Assembly (NCBI GenBank): GCA_951406725.2
Contig: OX597817.1
Location: 70,060,001 to 70,124,000, forward strand
Length of the DNA: 64,000 nucleotides
DNA from: Octopus vulgaris
Taxonomy: Eukaryota
Direction of reading: 5' to 3'
Shown: piece by piece, positions 36,976 through 50,548 of the stretch
Position numbering within the stretch: the stretch's first letter is position 1
How the letters are laid out: each line of letters begins with the position of its first letter
The notes under the pieces: model-generated
What the model saw: only the letters and a program-made list of their open reading frames with translations
Database searches by the model: none
What the model was told of the DNA's origin: nothing
Translations under genes and position numbers: made by a program

Positions 36976-37875
36976 GATGTCATCATGGCATTATGGGGCC
37001 ATCATTATAACATCATAGCGTTATCACTGTAACATTAAAACGTCATAATCATTATAAAATGTCAACGTCATGAAAGCATGATAACGTTGTCATTACGGCA
37101 TTATAACGTCATAGTTTCATCAACGTCATCATCAAAGCACTATCACGTCATACTGATAGCATGATAACATCGTCATTACGGCATTATAACGTTGTCGTTA
37201 TAACACCAGAATGTCATTAACGTCATCATCATAGCACCATGATGTCATCATTATAGTATTACAACGTACTACAAGTATCGAAGCATGATAACGTCATTGT
37301 TGTATCACAGCGTCATGATTATGGCATTACGGCATTATCGTTGTAACATAATTGCATAAATGCGGTGCCTTCGTCATATTAAAACATTTCTCTTTTTTTC
37401 TCTGACTCTTTCTGAATTAACTACTTTAAAGGTCCAAGAAAGGAACTTTCACATTATGACCTACCAATCCTTTCACTACAGTACCGAGGAAATGGCAGGA
37501 AAGAAAGACTAGAGTGCTAATACTCAGTGTCGTATAGGATCACAGCGTCGTCGTTTTGGCTTTATACTTTCTTCACCATAGCATTCTAGTGCCATGTTGT
37601 AATGTCCTGTTTATGATATTCTATTATTATCCTTATCATATGATAGCATTATAGAGCCATTCTTATAGCATTCACTCAATCAGTGTTACATTAAAGTGTC
37701 ACCTTTCTAACAGTACAATGCCGTCTTAATATTTTTGCGACATCATTATCATAGCATTCTAGTGTCATCATTATTGCATTCAAGCTTCATGTGATTGCAG
37801 CATTATAACGACATCTTTATAGACTGCTTCTAGCGTCATCATTACCGTATTATATCATTGTAGTATTATAACAAC
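36976..37875. repeat. Cryptic degenerate minisatellite (CATTATAACGTCATCAT-like units)
   Basis: Recurrent GCATTATAACGTCAT / ATAGCATTCTAGTG motifs, interrupted at ~37385-37530. Confidence 0.65.
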
Positions 37876-40800
37876 ACCAAGTTCATAGGAAGACGATTCA
37901 CAGCAGAACTCTTTTGCAAAACTAAAATAAACGAAACGAAACAACAAAATGAAATATCAAATATTATTAATGAAGAACATTAAGAGTTAGAAGAAAGCCT
38001 GTCTGATGGCCAGATAACGAGTTAGGAAAGATTTGTTAACAGCATAACAGATCTAATATTGTACAATATCTAAAATCGAACAAATTTCATAAACTGATAT
38101 TGGATTTATTTTCTCTTATTTACTTGCTCATCGCCATGTTTGTTTACCAGCCTGACTATTTATGTGTTTGTCTGACTGCCCGTCTGTCTTCCTGCCGGTC
38201 TGTCTGCCTGTCTGTCCATCTGTCAGTATGTCTGTCTGTCTCTATGTATGTATGTATACATGTCTAACTTTCTCTTATCTATTTATCTTTTTCCCATTCA
38301 GATTTACTATTTGTAATATGCTGTAATTGTAGTTGTCGTTGTGGACATTGCTACTGCTACTGTTATTGTGCGGCTGTTGTTGTTGTTGCTGCTACTACTG
38401 CTGCTGCTGCTGCTACTGCCGTTTAACCCAGCTTAATCCAGGTCAAGCATAACTATGAGAAAAAGGAAAAAAAAACACTTGAAAGAGCGATGAAAATTTC
38501 GAAATGAGATCAGTGAACCTAGTCATAGGAGGGTTTATAAGTAAGTTGGATGGGTTCATTGTCCTAGATGAAGACAAGCTCTACTATTGTGGTCTTTCCC
38601 TTCATCTGAGAGCGAGGAACAAAGAAATATGTTGCTTAAACGATAAGTAAATTTTTTATTTAACTATTGTCCAATCCACAAACCCGCATTTCTCTGTTTC
38701 TCACAATCAAAGAGTGAGGTCGTTGCCAAGGGCCCAATAAGCAATACCAGTTTTTCTCTGTTCCCTTTTCCAGAAGCCTAACAGGCAAACCAACAAAGCC
38801 CTTGCCTAAAGCCTTTTTTTCTGTTTCTTACTCTCAAAGTGTAAAACACTGGATAGCCCAAATGATAACACCCATTTTCCGTTCCTCTCTCTATCAAATA
38901 ATGAACAGGCCTAAAACTTTAGACCCCATCATCCTCAAAACTTAAGTTTATCGAAATCTCTCCTAAACTCTTCTACTGATCGGATAATAACTGACACCGT
39001 TCACCACCAAATAGTTTTGATTCCTGATTATACTACTACCTAGGTGTTAATAGGAACGATGGGGTATAGATAATTTACCGAGTTAAACTAAAGAACAGTA
39101 AAATGAAAACCTGTAAAGTTAGCTTTCAGTGCTGAGTTCATATCCCCAGGTATATAATAACTCTAACCAACGTTAAATTCAATACTTCCGTTTGTATGGT
39201 TGATATAATTCCCGAATTATTTTAGAACATGGGATAATATTTATTTGTACTGGTTCTGTAAAAGGGTACGTAATACATACATACATACATACATACATAC
39301 ATACATACACACATACTATTGAACATTACCATCAAAACGTCTACTAAATGCAAATATAACAAGCAGGATATGTTGTTTGGGACAGAGAAGGCAAAATATG
39401 TACTATTATAAAGGTCAGCTGCCCTGTTGATGTGAATACCTCTTTGTGAATCAAAGAGAAAAAGAATAACTATGGGCAACTGTTCCGAATCCTTCACCTT
39501 CCATACACAGATTATAAATTCACATTCATACCAATAAAAATTAGTGCACTTGGTTTTGTGAGTGACACCCCTGGATAAACTGGGGGCTTACAAAAAAAGT
39601 AAGAAATCAATCAGCTAACTCGCACATTGTATATATAATCTGTATGCAGAACAATAAAAATACGCTAGCCTTTTCTGAAATTCAAAAGGTGGATTTGTTT
39701 TTATTATTGACATTCAAATAATGAAACTGTATCTTTGCCAGAAACCATCTCCTTCCTTACAGAAGAGAATATACATACATGCATACATACTTATATGTAT
39801 GTATGTGTATGTATGTATGTATGTATGTATGTATGTATGTATGTATGTATGTATGTATGTATGTATGTATGTATCCTGCTGCAATCTGTGACGGTAAAGC
39901 AAGGTCTTTTGGGCTGTAGAGGTCAACAGTAGATTACAGTATCCCATGTTGTGCAGCTGTTGTGAGGCAATGCTGGAGTTACCTTTCCAGAGTACATACA
40001 ATCAATTTGGGAATCTTCTGTGCAACTTTTCTCGAAAAAGATTTTACGGAACCTTTCTCCCAATTTTCCTTGGTTCTCATTCTCAAATGAAAAAATCCCG
40101 AAACGCTAAAACCTATACTTTCCTCGACCTCTAAACTCAACCATCTCTGTTATAAACTCTCCTTTTACTGGCTTCATTGATCCAATTTCGCGAGCAAAAT
40201 ATCGTACGCATGCTCATCACGTTAGTATGAAACAAAAATATATAAATCATTTAAATTATCCACTATTCTGCACATAATCAATTTTTATGCAGTCACTGGA
40301 ACGAATACATAAAGAAATAAATACGTGTCTTGTTTGCTAACGTTTTTATTTATTCTCTTTACCGTTCTTGTATACTTTGAAATAGAATTTGTCTCCGACG
40401 TCAAAATGTTTGGTTGAAGTTTTCGTATTTTCTCCATACGCTTTCCCTTTCGAGCGAACATTTGCTCCGCAGGCAACTCACCTGAACTGGTTATTCGGAT
40501 TGGGCGTTATTCTGTACACCCTTCAGAATTTAGTAAGCGCTTCGTCATTTCCTAACTCGTTCCATGCCTTTTTAGCGCTCGCTAGAAAGTATCTATGAAT
40601 TGTTCTGCTTGCCCATTTGACCTCGGGTGGTAGGGCGGGGTAAACGTGCTTGATTGCATGCATTTTGCAGAATTTCATGAAGTCGCATCCTGTAAATTGT
40701 GTTCCATTGTCCGAAACTTTGATGTCCGGAACACCGTATCAAACAAAAAGTTCGTGCAGGAATTTTATTGTTGCTCTCGAGGTATTTTGACAGCACCTAC

Positions 40801-43655
40801 ATACTTCCGGCCACTTGGTAAAGGTGTCAACAATGATCAAGTAGTATGCACCATTCACTGGTCCAGCGTAGTCTATATGTACCCTGGACCACAGACTACC
40901 CGTGGTACTTTGGCTGCTAGCGCACAACCTCTACATGATTTTACTAAATTTTCAACGTTCCGGCCCATTGTCGGCCAATACATATAACTCCTCATCAAAG
41001 CTCTCATTCTTGACATCCTCGGGTGTCCACTATGAAACTTATTTTTCAAGGTGTTCTCCAATTTTATGATGTATTTATCCTCCGCTAATCTAGTTTTTAT
41101 ATTTTGTACAGTCACTGGCATCGCATGAATGACATTACACATAATGTTTTTAATTTCCTTTCCTGATTGTAATGCGGTTCCACATTTTTCAGAATTAGCC
41201 TAGATAAACAATCTGCATGGTTAGTTTTCTTAGAAGGAATGTATTTCATCTTAAAGTTATAATTTAACAATATTCTACCCCAACCGTTGTAATCTGTTAG
41301 CTCTATGGGTAAGAATTCCTCTCTTCGATCCGAAAATTGATAGTAACGGTCGGTGGTCCGTCTGAAGCCGAAAATTCTACCGTGGAAAAATCTGGGAAAT
41401 TTCTTCACGGCAAAAATAACCGCTAGAGCTTCTTTCTCTATCTGACTGTAGTTTTATTTTCTGCTGCAATCAGAGTACCTGAGGCATGAACCACCGCCTT
41501 CATATTACTGTCCTTATATTTGTGTAGCAAAACTACTCCTGTGCCGTATTCAGAAACGTCAGAAGCTACAACAATCTCTGCTGCAGAATCGAAATGAGCC
41601 AGCGACAAATCCCAAATTAATATTTTTGAATATCATGAAACGCCTTTTGACAGTTATTTGACTAATTCCATCAGGCGTTTTCTTTAGCAAATTTTAAAGT
41701 AGAGCTCTCAATTCATACATGTTTGGTGTATAATTTTGATAATAGTTTGCAAAGCCAAGAAAAGCTTGTGATGTCACTATGTTAATTAGGGGTGGCATAT
41801 TTTTAATTGCTTCTGCTCTCGACGGGCCAGGTCGTCTTTCGTTTTATCTAATAATTTGTCCTAAATATTTTATTTTAGAAAAAAAGAATTCACAACTCTT
41901 CTCACTGAGTGTGAAACCGTAATATCTCATTGTTTGAGAAACACACTTCACATGTTCGATATGCTGATCACGAGATTCGCTTTTCATTTATACATCATCG
42001 AGGTATGGAATTGCAAATTGACAGTCCGCCAGCATCGCATCCATAACCTGTTGAAATATTGCAGATGCGACTTTCAGACCAAATGGCAATCTATTACATT
42101 TATATAGTCCTCTGTGCGTATTCAGTGTTAGAAGCGTCGAGCATTCCTCGTCTACTTTAATTTGTAGATACGCATCAGACAGATCTAGTTTTGAAAATAT
42201 TTTGCCTCCATTTGATATCGCAAAAATATCTTCCGGAGTAGGCAGTGGATAGTGGGACATTTTTAGACAGTCATTCAAGCCAGTAGAAAAATCGGCACAT
42301 ACCTTGATTTTTTTTAAATATACACACTGTTGGTGCTGTTCACTTAGAATAATCTGCTTATTGAATAATTCCCAATTTCTCCAATCTGTCAAATTCTTTC
42401 TCTACCTGCTTTATCGCAGCAAATGGTAACTTTTTATTAGGTTTGAATATAGGTACGACGTTTTCTTTTATTTGAAAACAGGCCTCAGTCTTAGAACAGA
42501 GACCTAATTTATCCGGCAGCACTTCAAGAAGCAAGTTTTTAAATTTTTTCTTTAATTCAGCGACTGAGTTATTTTCGCTGGTGAAACAGCTATTTATTTT
42601 TTTACAGAACAGACTTATGGGGAGGTCCTATAAGTCAAACAAAACCAGCCGGTCCTATCGAACAGACTGATTGCGTTTTTTTTACTACGAAGACTTTTGC
42701 TCAACAGGTTTTTCCTCGAAATGTGATATCACACCACATTTCGCCTACAAAGCCTAATTTATCAGCTGTAACATTTTTGCGTTTTGAAAGGACAATCCTT
42801 CCTGAAATGTAGGGCCCCCACATCCGTAGCATGGGTTTGGTCCAAACACTTTTTGTTTTTGTTCTTGGTCGGCACGCTTGTACTAGTGAGAACTCCTTCT
42901 CTTCAGTTTTCTTTACGTCCTGACATATGTTTATCGTTCTTTGACAGTCATATGCAACTGTCTGCAGTGTTAAACTTTGGTCCACTTATTCAAGTTTTGT
43001 GAGAATTCTTGCATGTATCTCCGCATCTTTGTTTGCCGTAAGCCCTTGTATTAAAATGAGGCACTTAAACATATTAGGAGTTAGTTCCTTCAGTTTAAAT
43101 CTTTCGCACATTAGATTTACTGTCCCCGCATACGTGACAAAATCTTCAAATCCCAACAGTCCCATCGAGTGTTAAATAAGGAATTCTTATCACTGAATAT
43201 TTTTGATAGTAGTTCGACTGTTTCCTGGAAACTAATTTCACTAGTTTTTTGGGGTGGTATGAAATTTCAATATTTTTCATGTTCAGCCGGTGCTAATTTA
43301 TGTAATAATAGTCTTTCTTTTTCATTGTCAATCCATGACTTGCAATCTTCCCTGAAGGTTTTTTCGTACCTTCTAAAGTACGCCACAAACGTTATACCCT
43401 ACTCTAGGTCATAACTGGATTCTGTTATCGAGTTCGATATGCTATCTGGTGAAAATGAACTTATAGTGTTTCCGGTCTTCTTAAGACATAGCTCCATTAA
43501 CTGTTTTTGTGTATCTTGTTGTTGAAGTTGTTTCTGCAACTCCTGTTGCCGTTCTTGCTACTGTTTTTGCAACTGTATTATAGAAGCTAATAAGTCTTCC
43601 GTCATTAACAACTTTGTATCACAAAAATATGTTAACTGACCTGCGTGAGCTTCGA

Positions 43656-43696
43656 ATCCTCGTCGCCAATTATTGTAACGTGATCACTCGTCGCCA
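43656..43696 (-). promoter_or_regulatory. Primer-binding site (duplicated), tRNA-Ser(GCT)-type
   Basis: TGGCGACGAG(GAT) twice; complementary to a tRNA 3' end ATCCTCGTCGCCA. Confidence 0.7.
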
Positions 43697-43701
43697 ATTA
43701 T

Positions 43702-43987
43702 TGTAGTATCACCACTACTAATGACGATACTTGTTAACACTATAACCGTGTAGTAACAATAAGTATATATAACGAAGCAGAGTAACAACAACGTAACAAT
43801 CCAACAAACACTCCACGAACTATAAAGGAACCAACAAACGATATTCCGTCAAACTACTAAAACGACAACTTACGACTTCCAGCGATTAACGCCTACTTTC
43901 CTTATGTCTCTCACTCAGACCACTACTATTTATAGTAGTTCGGTCAAGTCTATTCCCGCAGGGGGTGTCGTGACTCTCGCCACAACA
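43702..43987 (-). repeat. 5' LTR of the Gypsy element
   Basis: Minus strand TGTTGTGG...TACA, TATAAATA box, directly followed by PBS. Confidence 0.7.
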
Positions 43988-45402
43988 GTTTTAGATACAA
44001 GTCAGGCTTGATCGAATACACATATGATCAAAAGCCTCTAGATGTTGTGGAGATTACATAGTCAAACAAGCTTGACTCCGATGAGACAGGATGAAGGTAC
44101 ACTGGCAACAGATTACAAGTTCATGGCCCCACACGTAGGATATTTCCCGTAAGTATACACCTAGATCTCTGTCCCGCACACAAACATCCAAAATACCAAA
44201 TTTTCCCTCTATATCAATATGCCGGAAACACTTCAATACAATTCCAGTGAGATAGGGAAGATGTGCCTATTAAGACATATAAATCGCGACTAAACACCTT
44301 ATAACAACACTTCAAGATGAGAAAACTTCATTTATTCACTAACAACGATTAGAAACAAATATACATCAAAATTTGAAGAAGCGAGCTGCCTTCGGGACTA
44401 GAAACCTTAACTTCAAACTACTGTGCAATTACACCTTGTACCTTCTCAAATACCAGTTACTGACGTCACACTAGGCTTAACCAATTAGATTCTTTTACTG
44501 GTCAACACTGGGCCCTCGGGGAAACAAAGAAGTAAACATTCAGCTGATCGAGACCAGTTGTTTCTGAAGGGAATCTGCCAACCAGAACGCTGCACGAAAT
44601 TCAGACAAAAACAAGTTGGCAAGACCTTTGGCAAACATAAATGACGTATGCAGAAAATCAACCAACCAAAGCACTGGATCTCTGCAAGTCAAAAACAACT
44701 GATCAAAACAATCGATGAACAAAATACATGACCAGGAAGTCAACAAACCAGAACGCTGGACTTCTGCAAAAGTAAAGTATATGACCAGAGCATATGAAAA
44801 AGCAAGTGAATATTCAGACAGACAGCCGAGCAAAAATCTCTAGACCACAAGCGAACAAAAACAAGTGACGTCATTAAATTGATGGCCGTTCAAAGTTTGA
44901 ATCTCTATCTTAAAACAGTTTAAGCTCTCACCAGCAAAACCAGCGACGAAGAATCCTTTTCATGCACTTCGACAGAAATTGTAAAATATTTTCTTTCTTT
45001 CTTTTTTTCTTACTGCTCCTTTAAAATTACATCGTATCTAAGGGTTAATATAATTTTATGTTACTGAACTTTCAATCTTGTATAACTATTATGAAATTCA
45101 TCGAGCATTTGGACTTTTATTATTGTCCCTCTCTGTAAAATTTATTGAATTTTAGAATTTGTATGAACATATGATTCTTTTTAAACATGTTTTTTTCCGA
45201 ATGCCTTCAATCACTTCTAAACATTTCTTTTTATTTATCATTGATAAACAAAAAGTTGTTGAGAGCGATTTCGTAATTTAAACGATTTGTGACAAAAATT
45301 TAAAAGCTACAACTCGTTTTAAAACTCAGATGCATTTTCAACCCCCAAAACCAACTCTCCTATATCCTTTTCTGCGTGGGAATACACTTCATTTCTCTGT
45401 AA

Positions 45403-45467
<65 letters not shown>

Positions 45468-45476
<9 letters not shown>

Positions 45477-45734
45477 CACGAGATCGACCAGGCTATCAGA
45501 TGTTGTTACGCATTACTGGTCACAATACACTTTTGCATTGTTTTAACCTTCAAATAGTGCCACCTCGCTGGCTAAGCGAGCAGGCCAACATTCCCCCTGA
45601 TCGAAAGGGAGACTGGAATAACATGAAATGAAGTGCTTTGCTCAAGAACACAACGTGCCTTCCAGTCTGGGAATCGAACCCATGATCTAGCGATTATGAG
45701 TGCGACATTGTGATCACTCGGCCACGCGCCTTCA
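45468..45734 (-). mobile_element. tRNA-derived CORE-like SINE (family E)
   Basis: Minus strand: A-box TGGCCGAGTGA, B-box GGTTCGATTCC, TGTGTTCTTGAGCAAAGCACTT. Confidence 0.7.
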
Positions 45735-46342
45735 CACATACACACATATGACTTGTGCCTATTTGAATCTACGTGTTGCTCTTCATCAAGGGAATACTAA
45801 AAATAGAATATGGAGGTAAAACAATGAGGAAACTACAGGTCATTCAGCAGTGCCCCTAAAGCCACTCACCAGATGAAGTGTGAGTAAACATCTACTGGTG
45901 GATCATATTTATATTATATAGAAAAATGCCATCAAGAGAAATAATATTCTTAAGATTATAAATCTGGAAAAATACAGGACAAGTTATTACACTTGGAAAA
46001 GTTATTAAATCTGGTAAAGTAGAGAACAAGAAAATTTTTACTTAAAATATTGCAGCTAAGGGTAAAATTTCAAATAAAATATTTAGATTTAGAAAATATT
46101 AGCTTTTATTAAAACTAAAAATTTTCTTACAAGTTATTACTTCAATTTGTTATTACTTGTTACTTCTATTAAAAATTTAAAATAATTCAAGATGTTTTTG
46201 CACTTTAAAAAATTCATTTTTTTAATTATTAGTTAATAATTAGAAATCTGAAAATAGGTTATAAAAATAATAGTAGTACATACTTGGTACATTAAATTGA
46301 ATAATACAAAAATTAGTTATATATTACGGTAAAATCTATCTA

Positions 46343-47631
46343 CGAGGGACGTTCAATAAGTAATGCCTCTGACCCACTTGCAGTTGTTTGATATAGCTGA
46401 CATTTTGCATGTGCAATTATTTATATCTCTATAGAGTAAGTGGCAAATTACAGCTCTGACTTAATTGTGGTTTCTGATTTACAGGTGTTTGAACCTAGTC
46501 AAGTGTGAAATGGAGCCTGTTGAGTGTCGAGCAGTGATCCGGTTTTTGTATTTGAAAGGACGCACACCAAGGGAGACTTTTGATGAAATGAAAGTAACTT
46601 ATGGTGATGATGCCCCATCATATGACCTTGTAAAATGCTGGCATCGGGAATTCAAACATGGTCGGAACTCTGTGGAAACAGCTCCCAGACCTGGTCGCCC
46701 CCTTCTGCCATTGATGAGGCATCTGTCCGTCAAGTTGAGGCTGCCATTTTGGAAGATCGACGCATAATTATTCGCCAAATAGCCCATGAGGTCAAGATTA
46801 GTACCGGGTCTGTGGAAACTATCATTCATGACCATTTGCATATACAAAAGGTGTCTGCCAGATGGATTCCCAGGTTGCTCACGCCTTTCCAGAAGCAAGA
46901 ACGCGTCGAGTGCTCGAGGATGAATTTGGAGATGTGCCAAGAAGATGAGTCAAAATTTTTCAAAAGACTGATTACACAGGATGAAACCTGAGTCCATCAC
47001 GATGATCCAGAGACCAAAGCCCAGTCAATGCAGTGGAAGGACCGTGACTCACCCCCTCCAAAGAAGGCAAGGGTGCAGCCCTCCGCTGGCAAGGTCATGC
47101 TCAGTCTTCTGGGACCAGGACGGAGTGGTGATGACAGATTTCCTGGCAAAGGGTACCACAATTGCAGGAGCCTATTATGCTTCACTTTTGAGGAAATTAA
47201 GAGAAGTTATCAAAATCAAGAGGCGGGGCAAGATCAGCAAAGGCATCCTCCTCCTGCAGGACAACGCTCTGGTCCACAACTCGCTTGTCGCCAGATCAGA
47301 AGCACAGGCGTATGGCTATGAACTCCTCCCCATCCCCCCTACTTTCCTGACCTTGCACCCTTTGATTTTCACCTCTTCCCAATCATGAAGTTGTTTTTGA
47401 AAGGAAAGCGTTTCCCAGATGATGCAGCCTTGATTTCTGAAGTCACGTTGAGGTTGGAGGACCAAGCTGGGTTCTTCTACAAAAACGGTCTCCAGAGCCG
47501 CATCAAACAATGGGAGAAATGCGTAACTCTGAGTGGTTCCTATGTAGAAAAAGACTAATAACTGTGCCAAGTTTCGTTGCTCTACTGCTATGGGAAGTGG
47601 GTCAGGGGCATTACTTATTGAACGCCCCTCG
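46343..47631 (+). mobile_element. Full-length mariner (DD34D) transposon, 1289 bp
   Basis: TA TSD; ~37-bp TIRs CGAGGGACGTTCAATAAGTAATGCCTCTGACCCACTT / AAGTGGGTCAGGGGCATTACTTATTGAACGCCCCTCG. Confidence 0.95.
46510..47558 (+). pseudogene. Mariner transposase pseudogene
   Basis: RAVIRFLYLKG, KVSARWIPRLL, ITQDET*, LLQDNA, PDLAP.DFHLF, GSYVEKD*; about 3 frameshifts and an in-frame stop. Confidence 0.92.
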
Positions 47632-48789
47632 TATAACAACAAATTAACAATAAAATTTGCTTGAGCTATTGCCTAAGTTATTGCCTAAGTTATTGCCAAG
47701 TCTTCACATTTTTAGTCTTGACCCAATGCCTATTTTTTAGATACTGAATTTGCCTACCATATACATTATTCTACTTTGCATAAAACTTCGGTTATATGGG
47801 TACATCTTGCTCTCATATTTTAAGTATTCTGGTGTATCGATATTTTAAGAAAATGATGGTACTTTTTTAATTATAATGTTACTTGGTAAATTAAAATCAA
47901 GTAATTTTTAATATTCATATTTTATACTTAGCTGCAATATTTTAAGTAAAACATTTCTTGTTCTGTACCAGACGTAATAACTTGTCCAAGTGTAATAACT
48001 TTTTCTAGATTTATTATCTTAAGAATATTATTTCACTTGCTCGCAATTTTCCCATGTAATCCATGTTTTCCCAGGCTATGCTATTATGCTAATAATAATG
48101 CGTCAAATGTGTCAATTAGCGGTGTCGCTGATAATTTTTCCTTACCTCAATGATGCCGGTGACATATATTAAAAGTCCCCTAGAACTATATAATAAATAA
48201 GTATAGAACTATATTATCAGCCTCAAATTTGAGAAACAAACACTCATAACTTTCGTCTTTTTAAAACTTCATTTCATGAGATTGATACCATGAAATTCCT
48301 CGAATTGAGCTCTATAATTTAAGCTTAATCAAAATGTAGTTTGTTTTTAAAATAAAAAAAAGTTAATTATACGTAAATCCAATTTGTTGCCTTATTTATA
48401 TTTGTCTTCATGATATTTTACCTCACAACGTTTTTGATACAAAACTATAAAATTCTTCACGCTTTCTTCTATCATTAACGTCGCTACAAATTTTGATGTG
48501 AACTTTTTCTACCGGACCAAATTTCAATTTTTGCATGCCAAAATGTAATTAGAGACTAGTCCTCTTCAAAAATGTTAACGGTTTTCTATTTGGTTAAGAA
48601 CTGGATTAGCGACAAGCTCTGAATGATGCTGCGTGTGAGTAAACTGCAACCTTACGAATATTATTCAATGATAATGTTTATATAATATGTATATGTGAAA
48701 CAATTAGCAACTAACTGTTGTTGCTAATGCACAGAAACAATTGTTGTGGTTTGGATTAAAGCCTGTTCAGTCCACCTTGTATCAAAAAT

Positions 48790-48790
<1 letters not shown>

Positions 48791-48821
<31 letters not shown>

Positions 48822-48910
48822 TGTATGTATGTATGTATGTATGTATATATACATATATATACATATATATATGTATATGTATGTATGTATGTATGTATTT
48901 AGAGTGTGAT

Positions 48911-49008
<98 letters not shown>
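48791..49008. repeat. (GTAT)n and (GATA)n microsatellites
   Basis: Direct reading. Confidence 0.95.
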
Positions 49009-49451
49009 TTGACAGGGTGAGATAGGAAAACAAAATGCTCCAGAGACACAGACAAAAAGAAGAAAAAAGCAAGTAGCTCTGTAATTATTTTTGCAAGCAA
49101 ACTAAGATACTGACAGATTTACTATAAGTATTACCAGAATAATATGAAGGTAATATTATGTTTTAACACATCACAGAAATGGAAATAATGAAATTGTTAC
49201 AGATTAACTCATAGTGACAGTCTTCCGAATGTTATACCATCATAAAATAACAATTTCCAAGTGTTCTTTGCAAACTGAATGCATTGTGACAGTTCGCTAT
49301 GATTGGTGTTCCTTGCAGCTCGTATAACAAAATTACATCAGAGTAGACACAGACGCCGAGTTTTTTGTCACATTTATGGACTTGTGTTGTTTAAGACTGT
49401 ATGTATGTCTGTCTCTCCCCATTCGCTCTCTTTATATGTAGTCTCGTCTCT

Positions 49452-49486
<35 letters not shown>

Positions 49487-49529
49487 CTCTCTCTCTATAT
49501 ATATACATATATATATATATACACACACT

Positions 49530-49595
<66 letters not shown>

Positions 49596-50177
49596 TTTCT
49601 ATATATATTTATGTACATTATGTGTGTATATATTCATATACATATTCGTATACATATTTATACATACGTGTGTATATACATCTATGTATACACACACACA
49701 CGCACATACACACACACACATATATATATATACATATAGATATAGATAATGTTATATATACTTATGTATGTATGTATGCATGTGTGTATGTATGTATATA
49801 CGTATGTATATGTGGATGTTTATACATATAAAGTAATATACTCTCAGTTATTCAATGTGTGCATTTTTGTATGTATATACGTACGTACGTATGTATGTAT
49901 GTATGTATGTATGTATGTATGTATGTATGTATGTATGTATGTATGTATGTATGTATGTATGTATGTATGTATGTATGCACTCGCATCTGTATAAGCAAAA
50001 CACATTACGTTATAAACTAAGGCTAATATTTTGTATTAGACAATATCTTTACTCATGAAATCAGTTTCGAATCCTGAGTGTTTTTGCTTCTATTCTTATT
50101 GAATTAATCAAACAAACAAACTTAATAATTGTGGGATCTTGTCTAATTTCTATTTCTTTATTGATTACTTATATATA

Positions 50178-50548
50178 TTTTATTTGTTTCAGTCAATAGA
50201 CTGCGGCCATGCTGGAGTGCGGCCTAGAAGAGTCTCGTTGAAGAACTCAACTCCAGGATTGATTTTTATCTTTTCTTACATCTCGTACTTATTGCATTGA
50301 TTTCTTTTGCCGAATCGCTAAGTTACGGAGCTGTAAACAAATCAACAACAGTTATCAAACATTGGGTGAGACACACACACATACGATAGGCTTCCACACA
50401 GTTTCTATCTAAAAGCATCACTCAAAGCAGTGGTCGGCTCGGGGTTATAGTAGAAGACACTTGCTCAAGGTGCCGAACAGTAGGACAGAACTCAAAGCCA
50501 TGTGGCTGAGACGCGAAAGTCTCAACCACACAGTTATTCTTCGGCCTG
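50178..50548 (-). mobile_element. SINE family A, degenerate full length
   Basis: TGTTTCAGTCA..GCGGCCATGCTGGAG...AGTAGAAGACACTTGCTCAAGGTGCC. Confidence 0.75.

Larger units (their letters stand above)
40135..43987 (-). mobile_element. Decayed Ty3/Gypsy LTR retrotransposon (Mag-like)
   Basis: RT (CADFSTGLN, FSKLDLSDAYLQ, RLPFGLK, YLDDV), RNase H, integrase (HSGHP..RMRALMRSYMYWP; WSRVHIDYAGP..LIIVDTFTKWPEV) in RT-RH-IN order; many stops and frameshifts; 3' LTR not found. Confidence 0.92.
45915..48058. mobile_element. AT-rich long-TIR (foldback/MITE-like) element hosting the mariner
   Basis: 45915-46070 is the reverse complement of ~47920-48058 (e.g. TTACTTAAAATATTGCAGCTAAG / CTTAGCTGCAATATTTTAAGTAA). 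Confidence 0.7.
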
